The position numbers and the translations under genes were made by a program. Below are positions 20,409-29,826 of a stretch of DNA of 64,000 nucleotides, piece by piece. The stretch lies in IMG/VR virus record IMGVR_UViG_3300021185_002503; one strand, written 5' to 3'. Within the stretch, counting starts at the first letter, position 1. Each line of letters begins with the position of its first letter. Under the pieces are notes generated by a model. That model saw only the letters and a list, made by a program, of their open reading frames with translations. It ran no database searches and was not told where the DNA came from. This DNA comes from an uncultured virus (IMG/VR IMGVR_UViG_3300021185_002503) (Duplodnaviria; Heunggongvirae; Uroviricota; Caudoviricetes).

Positions 20409-20828
20409 ATGGAAGATAAAATGGATATCAGACACATTAAGTTCATTAACGGAGATGAAATTATCGCACTTGTTAGTCGAAATAATGATGACAATATGTT
20501 AGTAGAGAGACCATGTGCTGTTAAGGCAAATATGATTGGTACCTATAATCTAAGTCCATACTTTCCATTTTCATCAAGTACATTATTTAAATTTTTAAAG
20601 AATAGAGTCTTATGTAGCGTTAAGGTCGATGATTCTTTAAAGCAAAAGTATTTGGGTTATGTGCTTCAGATGAGAGCTCCCACCGGTGAACTGTTGGCTG
20701 GTGAGAGTGAAATGCTACAACAGTATCAAGACGTATTGAAAGAATATGCTACTCAGGTGGCTGAAGATGAGGACTATTATTATGAAGAAGATGAACCCGT
20801 TACACCGGCTAAAAAGATACTTCATTGA
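20409..20828 (+). CDS. Conserved T4-like hypothetical protein (Sm-like N-terminus)
   Basis: IKFINGDEIIA; late promoter upstream. Confidence 0.6.
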   Translation: MEDKMDIRHIKFINGDEIIALVSRNNDDNMLVERPCAVKANMIGTYNLSPYFPFSSSTLFKFLKNRVLCSVKVDDSLKQKYLGYVLQMRAPTGELLAGESEMLQQYQDVLKEYATQVAEDEDYYYEEDEPVTPAKKILH

Positions 20829-20865
20829 CTATTGCTATATCTACCCCGCCCCAGTATACAATACT

Positions 20866-20894
20866 ATTATATACTATAAACAACGTTTTGTACA
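20866..20894 (-). promoter_or_regulatory. Minus-strand TGTACA-N17-TATAAT promoter, divergent from the gp55 promoter
   Basis: Reverse complement reads ttgcagaaaacacTGTACAaaacgttgtttatagtaTATAAT. Confidence 0.75.
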
Positions 20895-20982
20895 GTGTTT
20901 TCTGCAAATAAATGCAATAAAAATGCCTGTACAAACAGCTCATCTTATGGTATAATATACACATTATGGAGGAAACCCAACT

Positions 20983-21552
20983 ATGGCTTTAAAACCAAAA
21001 GAAAAACCACACTATGTAAATAACAGAGAGTTCTCTCAAGCAGTAATGGATTATGTTACTGAAAAGAATTTAGCAGAAAGTAAAGGAAAAGATATTCCTA
21101 AAGTTACTGATTATATTGCTAAATGTTTTATTAAAATTGCAGAAGGATTATCCCATAGACCGAACTTCGTGAGGTATACTTATCGTGAAGAAATGGTTAT
21201 GGATGCAGTAGAAAATTGCCTAAGAGCAATCGGAAACTATAACCTTGAAACAGCTACGAGAACTGGTAAACCAAACGCATTCTCATACTTTACTCAAATT
21301 TGCTATTTTGCTTTTATCAGAAGAATCACTAAAGAGAAGAAGCAACAAGATATTAAATTTAGATTTATTGAAAGAATGGGAATTGAAGAATTTGTAACTG
21401 CTGGTATGGATAACGAAATGGCAGCCGAAACTATGGCGTATGTCGATACTCTAAAATCTAGAATTGCAAGAGTTAGAACAAACGATGACAAAGTTAAGAA
21501 ATTTGCTAAAAAAGAAAAGGCTCAGCAAAAGCTTGAGCTATTCATGAAATAA
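20983..21552 (+). CDS. gp55: Late-transcription sigma factor gp55
   Basis: HYVNNREF, LSHRPNFVRYTYREEMVMDAVENC, NAFSYFTQI. Confidence 0.95.
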   Translation: MALKPKEKPHYVNNREFSQAVMDYVTEKNLAESKGKDIPKVTDYIAKCFIKIAEGLSHRPNFVRYTYREEMVMDAVENCLRAIGNYNLETATRTGKPNAFSYFTQICYFAFIRRITKEKKQQDIKFRFIERMGIEEFVTAGMDNEMAAETMAYVDTLKSRIARVRTNDDKVKKFAKKEKAQQKLELFMK

Positions 21553-22613
21553 TGAAAGTAGCTATATTAAACGACACCCATTGTGGTGTAAGAAATTCAA
21601 GTGACATTTTTCTAAGATATCAAGAACGATTCTATGAAGAAGTCTTTTTCCCTTATCTAAAAGAGCATAACATTAAGAATATTTTGCATTTAGGAGATTA
21701 TTATGAACACAGAAAATTCGTCAATTTTAAAGCTCTTAATCAAAATCGCAAACATTTTCTTGAGCCTATGCGGGATGCTGGTATTACTATGGATATCATT
21801 CCTGGTAATCACGATGTTTATTTTAAAAATACTAACGAGTTGTGCTCACTCAAAGAGTTGCTCGGATATTTTACTTCAAATGTCAACATTATTATGAAAC
21901 CAAAAGTCCTGGATTATGCAGGATGTAAAGTTGCTGTAATTCCATGGATTAATAATAGTAATTACCAAGAATACACTAAATGGGCTATGAATTGTAAAGC
22001 ATCTATTCTTGGTGCACATTTAGAGTTAAAAGGATTTGATTTATTACCTGGAGTACCAAACCCACACGGAATGAGTGCTGATGTATTTGAAAGATTTGAA
22101 ATGGTTCTATCCGGACATTTTCATACCAAATCGTCCAGAGATAATGTCACATATCTTGGTTCTCAAATGGAATTTACTTGGGCTGATGTAGATGACCCAA
22201 AATATTTCCATGTATTAGATACAGAAACAAGAGAAATTACACCAGTAAGAAATCCAATTACGATGTTCAAAAAAGTAATTTATGATGATACAAAAGTAAA
22301 TTATGATGATATCGACATGAGTCAGTTTGAAAGGAAATTTATTAAGCTGATTGTTATTAATAAAAACGACTTGTATATGTTCGATAAATTTGTCGACAAA
22401 TTACAAAGTATTGAAACATATGAATTAAAGATTGCAGAATCATTTGAAGAGTATCTAGGTGATAGCGTGGAAGACGACAAAGTTTCACTAGAAGATACTA
22501 CCGAACTGCTTGATTCTTATGTCGATGCTGTAGATACAGATTTAGATAAAGACCATTTAAAAGTCGAATTGAGAAAGCTTTATACTGAAGCTCAAAACTT
22601 GGAAGTAGTATGA
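21552..22613 (+). CDS. gp47: Recombination nuclease gp47 (Mre11-like)
   Basis: NDTHCG, LGDYY, GNHD, SGHFH. Confidence 0.95.
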   Translation: MKVAILNDTHCGVRNSSDIFLRYQERFYEEVFFPYLKEHNIKNILHLGDYYEHRKFVNFKALNQNRKHFLEPMRDAGITMDIIPGNHDVYFKNTNELCSLKELLGYFTSNVNIIMKPKVLDYAGCKVAVIPWINNSNYQEYTKWAMNCKASILGAHLELKGFDLLPGVPNPHGMSADVFERFEMVLSGHFHTKSSRDNVTYLGSQMEFTWADVDDPKYFHVLDTETREITPVRNPITMFKKVIYDDTKVNYDDIDMSQFERKFIKLIVINKNDLYMFDKFVDKLQSIETYELKIAESFEEYLGDSVEDDKVSLEDTTELLDSYVDAVDTDLDKDHLKVELRKLYTEAQNLEVV

Positions 22614-24325
22614 TACATTTTAAATCTGTTTCCTGGAAGAATTTTCTTTCAACAGGAAACGACCCTATTACTATATCATTAAACAAATCACCGACTACAC
22701 TTATTGTAGGTCAAAATGGTGCAGGTAAATCAACATTACTAGATGCATTATCATTTGGATTATTTGGTAAACCACACAGAGATATCAATAAGAAACAATT
22801 GATGAATTCAATTAATCGTAAAGGTACTGTTGTCGAAGTCGAATTTACTATTGGCGATTCTGATTTTAAAATCGTAAGAGGAATCAAACCAACTAAATTT
22901 GAGATTTGGCAAAATAGTAATATGATTAATCAAGCATCTAATGTTAGAGATTATCAGAAGTTTTTAGAAACAAATATTTTAAAACTCAACCATAAATCAT
23001 TTCATCAAGTAGTTGTACTAGGAAGTAGTTCATTCATTCCATTTATGCAATTACCTGCTTGGTCAAGAAGAGCTGTAATTGAAGATTTATTAGATATCGG
23101 TATTTTTTCTAAAATGAATCAGTTGTTAAAAGAGAGAAACTCAAAGATTCGTGAAGAATTGGTCGACATTAATCATAACATTGATTTATATAAAACAAAA
23201 ATTGAAGCACAATCAAAATATATTAAAGATTTAGAAAGTCTAAACGAAGAACAAGTTGATATAAAGCGTGATGCAATTAATGTTTATAAAGAAGAAATAG
23301 CAGAAGTTTTTGAAGAATCTAAAAATCTAGGTAAAAACCTACAGACAATGATTCAGGGTGAAGAAAAGAACTATAAGTATTTCGGCGATAAAATGTCAGA
23401 CATGAAAGCTTATAATAAAGACTTTAATAATAAAATTAAAAATCTAGTTGAAGAAGCCAGATTCTTTGAGGATAACGATATTTGTCCTACATGTGAGCAG
23501 GATATAGACGCAACTATTAAAGTAAAAAAATTAGATGTACTTAAGGAAAAGGCAAAGGATGTTCAAGAACATAAAAACTCTTTAGAAAAAGAAGTAAATA
23601 CTTTAGAAAAAGAAGGTCAAGAAATTATGAACAACCTTAATCAATTAAGGCAAAAACAATCAAGGATAAATTCAAATAATGACAAGGTTGCACTCTTACA
23701 AAAGGAAATTGGCAAAACCCAAAAGGAAATCGATACGCTCCTTAAAACGTCAGGAGACAGCAAGACGGCAAAGAAGGATTTATCGACTCTTAGAAAGAGT
23801 AAAGAATCTACTACCGAAAAGAAACTAGAGTACGTTGAGGAAAGAACTTATAACGAAGCTATTGGTGAGATGTTAAAAGATACAGGTATTAAAACTAAAG
23901 TTATCAAACAATATCTGCCAGTCATGAATAGGTTAATCAATCAATATTTACAAGTATTAGATTTCTTTGTTGCATTCCATCTCGATGAAAATTTTGACGA
24001 AACTATTAGGTCGCGTCATAGAGATACATTTAATTATGCATCATTTTCTGAAGGAGAGAAACAAAGAATTGATTTGGCATTACTCTTTACTTGGAGACAA
24101 ATAGCTAAAATGAAAAATAGTGCATCGACTAATCTATTAGTATTGGACGAAACATTTGACTCAAGTTTAGATATGGATGGAATCGATAACCTAACCAAAA
24201 TCCTGGATACGCTAGAAGATGGTTCTAATGTATTCATCATCTCTCATAAAGGAGATGTCTTAGAGAATAAATTTAGGTCTAAGATTGAATTCTTTAAAGA
24301 TAGAAATTTCTCTAAAATAAGGTAA
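22610..24325 (+). CDS. gp46: Recombination ATPase gp46 (Rad50-like)
   Basis: GQNGAGKST, CPTC zinc hook, FSEGEK, LDETFD. Confidence 0.95.
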   Translation: MIHFKSVSWKNFLSTGNDPITISLNKSPTTLIVGQNGAGKSTLLDALSFGLFGKPHRDINKKQLMNSINRKGTVVEVEFTIGDSDFKIVRGIKPTKFEIWQNSNMINQASNVRDYQKFLETNILKLNHKSFHQVVVLGSSSFIPFMQLPAWSRRAVIEDLLDIGIFSKMNQLLKERNSKIREELVDINHNIDLYKTKIEAQSKYIKDLESLNEEQVDIKRDAINVYKEEIAEVFEESKNLGKNLQTMIQGEEKNYKYFGDKMSDMKAYNKDFNNKIKNLVEEARFFEDNDICPTCEQDIDATIKVKKLDVLKEKAKDVQEHKNSLEKEVNTLEKEGQEIMNNLNQLRQKQSRINSNNDKVALLQKEIGKTQKEIDTLLKTSGDSKTAKKDLSTLRKSKESTTEKKLEYVEERTYNEAIGEMLKDTGIKTKVIKQYLPVMNRLINQYLQVLDFFVAFHLDENFDETIRSRHRDTFNYASFSEGEKQRIDLALLFTWRQIAKMKNSASTNLLVLDETFDSSLDMDGIDNLTKILDTLEDGSNVFIISHKGDVLENKFRSKIEFFKDRNFSKIR

Positions 24326-24461
24326 TCGCACTTTTATGTAGATATAAGTGTACAAAAGTTGCACTTTTATGTACATATAAATGTAATACCTTTATAATAT
24401 AAACGCATTTTTTTCTGTACAAACATACTTTACTATGGTATAATGGTACAGAATTAATTAT

Positions 24462-24538
24462 CTGCCCTTAGCTCAGCTGGATAGAGCAACGGTCTTCTAA
24501 ACCGTAGGTCGGAGGTTCGAATCCTCCAGGGCAGGCCA
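24462..24538 (+). tRNA. tRNA-Arg(TCT)
   Basis: Acceptor stem CTGCCCT/AGGGCAG, anticodon arm ACGGT-CTTCTAA-ACCGT, GGTTCGAATCC, encoded CCA. Confidence 0.95.
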
Positions 24539-24554
24539 ATATTTAGCCTGATAG

Positions 24555-24638
24555 GCCCACATGGTGGAATTGGTAGACACAAGGGACTTAAAATCCCTCG
24601 CTTATGGCGTCCCGGTTCGAGTCCGGGTGTGGGCACCA
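24555..24638 (+). tRNA. tRNA-Leu(TAA)
   Basis: GCCCACA/TGTGGGC, AGGGA-CTTAAAA-TCCCT, long variable arm, GGTTCGAGTCC, CCA. Confidence 0.95.
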
Positions 24639-24732
24639 GGCTAAAAAAACATGCAATTATTTGCAGAAAACACTGTACAAATGGCTCAAGCTATGGTACA
24701 ATATACATATATTCAAATAAAGGAGTGATTAT

Positions 24733-26883
24733 ATGAATACCACAATCGCAAAACTACTAGCAAAAGAAGACGTTATCGTTCAAACCGGTGCATATTCTAC
24801 TGCTTGGTTTGACATCAAAAACAGAACTCTAGGTCTTCCAGATTGGAAAGATATGGGTAAAGATGTCAAAGACCTTCTTATTGGTCACGAAGTTGGCCAT
24901 GCACTATATACTCCTTTTGAGGGATGGCACGATAGTCCAGAGAAATTGGAAGGATGCCCTAGGTCATATATTAATGTAGTTGAAGATTGCAGAATTGAAA
25001 AGAAAATTAAAAGAGATTATCCTGGTCTTATCGGACCAATGTCAAGAGGCTATAAAAAACTAGTAGCTGACGAATTTTTTGGCGATGTCGATTCTATCGA
25101 TTGGGACAAAGTAAAACTCATTGATAAAATTAATCTAAAAGCTAAAATTGGTAATCTTCTTGATGTACCAATGTCAGATGTAGAATTATCGTTTTATAAT
25201 AAATCTATGCAGACAGAAGAGTTTTCAGAAGTACTCGATGTTGTTAGAGAAATCCTAGCTTGGACTCAAGAAAACCAAGAGGAATTAATTCAAAAACCAG
25301 AAACAGCTGAAGATGATTTTGACGAAGAAGAATCCGAAAACGAAGACCCAACACAAAACATGGGTCACGATGACTACGAAGATGAAGAAGAAAACAAAAA
25401 AGAAGAAAACACTCAAGGCAATTCAAACCCTGGAGACGAAGAATTAGATGATGAAGAAACTGATGAAGGTTCTCTAAAAACTGCACTACCTGAGCATACT
25501 GACGAAGATATTTCAGTTACTGATTCTATTTTTAGAGCTATGGAAAAAACATTACTTCCAGAGTCTACTGAATTTGTTTATGCCAATGAAATTTCTAAAG
25601 AAGTTTTCAAAAAGGTAGTTTTCAAATATGACCAATTGGCTAAACTAAGAATAAATCAAAAAATCCTAGAAAACCAATACGGTTGCTATAACAATAGTAT
25701 TGGACCTTTTTATAAAGCAGATTCAGAAGAAAAATTTAAAGCTTATATGAAAAGAGTTAAAAAGGCTATAGTTCCAGCAGTAAAGGAATTTGAGCAGAAA
25801 AAAGCTGCACATCAATGGATGCATGCAACTACTGCAAAAACTGGTAGAATTGATGTTAACAAATTGCACAGCTATAGAGTTTCAGAAGATATCTTTGCAA
25901 AAACTACTAAAATGGCCAACAGTAAAAATCATGGAATGTTTATGATTATCGATTACTCTGGGTCAATGTTTGATTCACTGAACAATGTTTTAGACCAACT
26001 AATACACAGCGTAATGTTTTGTAAAGCAGTTAATATTCCATTTGATGTATATGCATTTACTTCTGGTAATAATGTAAATGAGCTATATAGAGATGGCGAC
26101 CTTTACATGGATAGCTTATCAATGCCTCAGCTAATTCACAGTGGTTTAACCAAATCAAAATTTGAAGAAGCTTTAAAGCATATATTCTCAAGAATGGCAC
26201 AATGTAATGGTCCTTATGACAGATGGTCAAGAGCCGAATGTGAAGACTTTGGTTCAACACCTTTAAACCAAGCACTTATTGTATCTCACAAATTAGTTAG
26301 AGAATTTAAAAAGAAGTTTGGTATTGAAAAGGTAACATTCCTTACAATCACTGATGGCGATACTAATAGGCTATCAGTTATGCAAAGCCATAAAATCGAT
26401 AGAATACCACAAGAGAGAAATTATAATCCAAAACACAAAGTAGAAATTGATGGTAGGAGTGTAATTCTTAAAGACGCTAGAACTGGCGGAACTAAAGATT
26501 TACTAGATAATCTAAAGAAAAGATACGGTGTTCAAACTATGGGATTCTTTATTGCTGACCATAGAAACGATTTCAACCATGCAATATCAAAAGCACATTT
26601 TGACGGCAATGACGATATGTGGTGGTCAAACGAATTTACTCAAGCTAAAAAGAAATATTTTGCAGAGCACAAAAAACAAAAATGTGTACACTTTAAAGAT
26701 TCAATGGGATACAATAATTGGTATGTCGTTAAAAATGATACCTTTAAAGCTGACGAAGATAACGAAATTGAAGCTGATTCAGATATGACTAAAGGTCAAG
26801 TTTTAAGAGCATTCAAGAAGTTCTCAAATAACAAGAAGAATAATAAGAACCTAATGAGCAAATTTGGTCAGGCAGTGGCATAA
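24733..26883 (+). CDS. Metallopeptidase-like (HExxH) + VWA domain protein (CobT-like partner of the AAA ATPase)
   Basis: GHEVGHAL, NVVEDCRIE, acidic linker, MIDAS IDYSGSM, TPL, ITDG. Confidence 0.75.
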   Translation: MNTTIAKLLAKEDVIVQTGAYSTAWFDIKNRTLGLPDWKDMGKDVKDLLIGHEVGHALYTPFEGWHDSPEKLEGCPRSYINVVEDCRIEKKIKRDYPGLIGPMSRGYKKLVADEFFGDVDSIDWDKVKLIDKINLKAKIGNLLDVPMSDVELSFYNKSMQTEEFSEVLDVVREILAWTQENQEELIQKPETAEDDFDEEESENEDPTQNMGHDDYEDEEENKKEENTQGNSNPGDEELDDEETDEGSLKTALPEHTDEDISVTDSIFRAMEKTLLPESTEFVYANEISKEVFKKVVFKYDQLAKLRINQKILENQYGCYNNSIGPFYKADSEEKFKAYMKRVKKAIVPAVKEFEQKKAAHQWMHATTAKTGRIDVNKLHSYRVSEDIFAKTTKMANSKNHGMFMIIDYSGSMFDSLNNVLDQLIHSVMFCKAVNIPFDVYAFTSGNNVNELYRDGDLYMDSLSMPQLIHSGLTKSKFEEALKHIFSRMAQCNGPYDRWSRAECEDFGSTPLNQALIVSHKLVREFKKKFGIEKVTFLTITDGDTNRLSVMQSHKIDRIPQERNYNPKHKVEIDGRSVILKDARTGGTKDLLDNLKKRYGVQTMGFFIADHRNDFNHAISKAHFDGNDDMWWSNEFTQAKKKYFAEHKKQKCVHFKDSMGYNNWYVVKNDTFKADEDNEIEADSDMTKGQVLRAFKKFSNNKKNNKNLMSKFGQAVA

Positions 26884-26978
26884 AAACATGCATGTTTCTG
26901 CAACAAAACACTGTACAAATTGGCTCAAACCTGGTACAATACTATTATAAATTAAATTAAAGGAGTGAAATTTATATT

Positions 26979-28103
26979 ATGATGAAAGTGAATACAAATA
27001 CAATAGTTGAGAAACTACAAGCAAGTTATCCCGACCAAACCATTTTTAGGAAAGCAGTTATCGTCGATACTGCAAAATCTTTAGGATTTTCTAAAGCTGA
27101 TTGGTCTCCACTACTCGAAGTGAAAAGCGATGTCAGAGGTCAATATGATTTATCCTCAGTTATCGTTCCTTTGAGACAAAAAGAAGAAACTAATAGTTCA
27201 ACCTTGCAAATGCAATCAATTGTTAATCAAGAAAAAAGTTATGCTAAAGCCGACCCAACGTTCGTACCTTGGGGTCCTTTTAAAGACATAACACAAATCC
27301 TAAAATCAGAAATGTTCTATCCAACTTATATCTCTGGATTATCAGGGAATGGTAAAACATTTATGGTAGAACAATCATGTGCAAAACTTAATAGGGAGTT
27401 TATACGTGTACAAATCAATCCTGAGACAGATGAAGACGACCTTATTGGAGGTTTCAGACTTATCAATGGAGAAACTGTTTTTGCTAAAGGCCCAGTTCTT
27501 AAAGCAATGGAAAACGGTGCAGTGCTATTACTCGATGAAATCGACAGAGCTACAAATAAAATTATGTGTCTTCAAGGTATACTTGAAGGTAAACCAGTTG
27601 TTGTTAAAAAGACGGGTGAAACAATTACTCCGCAACCTGGATTTAATGTAATCGCTACTGCGAATACAAAAGGTAAAGGTTCAGATGACGGTAGGTTTAC
27701 AGCAGCATCTATAATCGATGAAGCATTCCTAGAAAGATTTACTATTTCTATCGACCAACAATTTCCTTCACCAAGAGTTGAACAGAAAATTGTTATGAAG
27801 CACATGGCAAAATTTGATGCAATAGATGGAGACTTCGCAGAAAACCTAGTCGCATGGGCAGATATCATAAGAAAAACTTTTTATGATGATGGTGTCGATG
27901 AGGTCATTTCAACAAGAAGGCTCTGCCATATTGTTCAAACCAATTCAATCTTTAACGATAGAATGAAAGCAATCGACCTATGTATTGCAAGGTTTGATGA
28001 TGATACTAAAGAAGCATTCCTTGACCTCTACTCAAAAGTAGATGCAGGAGTCGATTTTAATGAGGAACAAAATGTCGAAGAAACAGACGAAGATAGATTA
28101 TAA
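26979..28103 (+). CDS. MoxR/CobS-like AAA+ ATPase
   Basis: GLSGNGKT, LLLDEID, ATANTKGKG, STRRL. Confidence 0.85.
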   Translation: MMKVNTNTIVEKLQASYPDQTIFRKAVIVDTAKSLGFSKADWSPLLEVKSDVRGQYDLSSVIVPLRQKEETNSSTLQMQSIVNQEKSYAKADPTFVPWGPFKDITQILKSEMFYPTYISGLSGNGKTFMVEQSCAKLNREFIRVQINPETDEDDLIGGFRLINGETVFAKGPVLKAMENGAVLLLDEIDRATNKIMCLQGILEGKPVVVKKTGETITPQPGFNVIATANTKGKGSDDGRFTAASIIDEAFLERFTISIDQQFPSPRVEQKIVMKHMAKFDAIDGDFAENLVAWADIIRKTFYDDGVDEVISTRRLCHIVQTNSIFNDRMKAIDLCIARFDDDTKEAFLDLYSKVDAGVDFNEEQNVEETDEDRL

Positions 28104-28374
28104 GTTTAATGAAGGAGCTCTAATCGATGAGCTCCAAAATTATATTGATAGTACTTACAATAGTCACTACTCTAAAAATAAATTTCAATCAACAGAATTT
28201 ATTTTAGATTGTGGCCATGGTATGGGCTTCACAATAGGAAATGTATTGAAATACGCACAAAGGTATGGACGTAAAGGAAGTAGTCAGGACCATAGAAAAG
28301 ACCTAATGAAAGTTTTACACTATTCCATTATTGCACTTTCAATACATGATAGCGAAAATAAACCTGTACAATGA
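28072..28374 (+). CDS. DUF3310-like small protein
   Basis: HYS...GFTIGNVLKYAQRYGRKG...DLMKVLHY. Confidence 0.6.
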   Translation: MSKKQTKIDYKFNEGALIDELQNYIDSTYNSHYSKNKFQSTEFILDCGHGMGFTIGNVLKYAQRYGRKGSSQDHRKDLMKVLHYSIIALSIHDSENKPVQ

Positions 28375-28420
28375 TTCGCTTTTATGGTATAATAGTACAG
28401 AAATATAAAAAGGAAATATT

Positions 28421-29095
28421 ATGAATTTAAGTAATGATACAATTAACGTATTGAAAAACTTTGCGACCATTAATCCTAATTTGGTAATTAAACCTGGTCA
28501 AAAACTGAAAACAATTTCTGAGGCTAAAACTATTTTGGCTTCATCTGATATTGTTGAAGATTTTGCACAAGAGTTTGGAATCTATGATTTAAACGAATTC
28601 TTATCAGTGTATGGTCTTATTGACGATGCCCAATTAGAATTTGGTGATAAATCTGTTACCATTAAGAACGATGAAAGTAAAAGGATTCAATATTACTTCT
28701 CTGAAATTGATATTCTAACTCAACCATCCAAGGATATTACAATGCCTGATGCTGAAGTTGGAATCAATCTTACAGATGATAACCTTAAAGCTCTCAAGCA
28801 AGCCAGCTCAGTTCTAGGTCATACTGACTTAGCTCTAGTCGGTGAAAACGGAGTTATCACTGCTAAAGTATTTGATGAAAAAGATGCAACATCTAATACA
28901 TTCGAACTAACACTAGATAGAGATAATGCATGTAAAAACGATTTTAATTTCGTTGTAAATATGCCAAATCTCAAGTTATTACCTGGTGATTATTTTGTAA
29001 GTATTTCATCTAAGCTAATTTCTAATTGGACAAACAACGATTATCCAGTAGAATATTTTATCGCTTTAGAGAAATCATCAACATACAATGTATAA
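28421..29095 (+). CDS. gp45: Sliding clamp gp45
   Basis: LKNFATIN, FGIYDLNEFL, YFIALE. Confidence 0.95.
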   Translation: MNLSNDTINVLKNFATINPNLVIKPGQKLKTISEAKTILASSDIVEDFAQEFGIYDLNEFLSVYGLIDDAQLEFGDKSVTIKNDESKRIQYYFSEIDILTQPSKDITMPDAEVGINLTDDNLKALKQASSVLGHTDLALVGENGVITAKVFDEKDATSNTFELTLDRDNACKNDFNFVVNMPNLKLLPGDYFVSISSKLISNWTNNDYPVEYFIALEKSSTYNV

Positions 29096-29199
29096 ATATA
29101 TTATACAACCGAATTCTCATACTAATTATGAGGATAATGTAGGAAATGCCGAACACGGGTTTCCTATCTTAGTCTATAAACTTTGCAAAGGAGAAACAA

Positions 29200-29466
29200 A
29201 TGACTGAAGAAGTAAACGCACCTGAAGGTGTACAAGAGGAGCAACAAGCCCCTCAGCTCAGTCTTCAAGATATTGCAACCGCAGTTCAGGTAATTGATAT
29301 CTGTTCAAAGCGTGGAGCATTTGAAGGCGGAGAGCTAGAAGTAGTAGGCGGTGTAAGAAATAGAATTCTTTCATTCCTACAAGCTGCTGCACCTAAGGAC
29401 GAAGTTCCTGAAGGTGAAGTACCAGTTGCTGATGAGCAACCATCTGAAGAAGATTCAGACGCTTAA
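29200..29466 (+). CDS. Hypothetical protein
   Basis: GGAG RBS; IDICSKRGAFEGGEL core. Confidence 0.7.
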   Translation: MTEEVNAPEGVQEEQQAPQLSLQDIATAVQVIDICSKRGAFEGGELEVVGGVRNRILSFLQAAAPKDEVPEGEVPVADEQPSEEDSDA

Positions 29467-29471
29467 CCTGA

Positions 29472-29497
29472 GGGGAAGACATTCCCCACATTTTTTA
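29472..29497 (+). terminator. Probable terminator
   Basis: GGGGAA-gaca-TTCCCC followed by a T run. Confidence 0.6.
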
Positions 29498-29511
29498 TTA
29501 AGGATTATATT

Positions 29512-29826
29512 ATGGAACGAACTGAAAAAACAAAGCTACTCGAAGCACTAAAGACTGGAAACGTAACAGTCACATTCAAAAAGATAGGTACTGGCGAAAT
29601 TAGAATTATGCCATGTACTCTTAACCCCGAACTACTAAAAGAACAAGGTGTTGATATCACTGTCAGCATGTCGGCCGATTCTGAAGCATATGCCGTTTGG
29701 TCATTAGACAAAAGAGCATGGAGAAGCTTCAGACTGGATACTGTTAAGCAGTGGGATGTCAACTGGCCAACCAGAGTTGTAGATGACGCTGGAGTCGATT
29801 TAGCAACGGGGAAATTTGTAGGATGA
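29512..29826 (+). CDS. WYL/Sm-like small protein
   Basis: VTFKKIGTGEIRIMPCTL...DKRAWRSFRLD. Confidence 0.65.
   Translation: MERTEKTKLLEALKTGNVTVTFKKIGTGEIRIMPCTLNPELLKEQGVDITVSMSADSEAYAVWSLDKRAWRSFRLDTVKQWDVNWPTRVVDDAGVDLATGKFVG

Noticed and set aside
24454..24636. 60-aa minus-strand ORF
   Set aside because: It is the reverse complement of the two tRNA genes
26979..28103. Cobalamin-synthesis auxiliary gene (cobS)
   Set aside because: The motifs only support a MoxR-type AAA+ ATPase, and no other cobalamin genes are present
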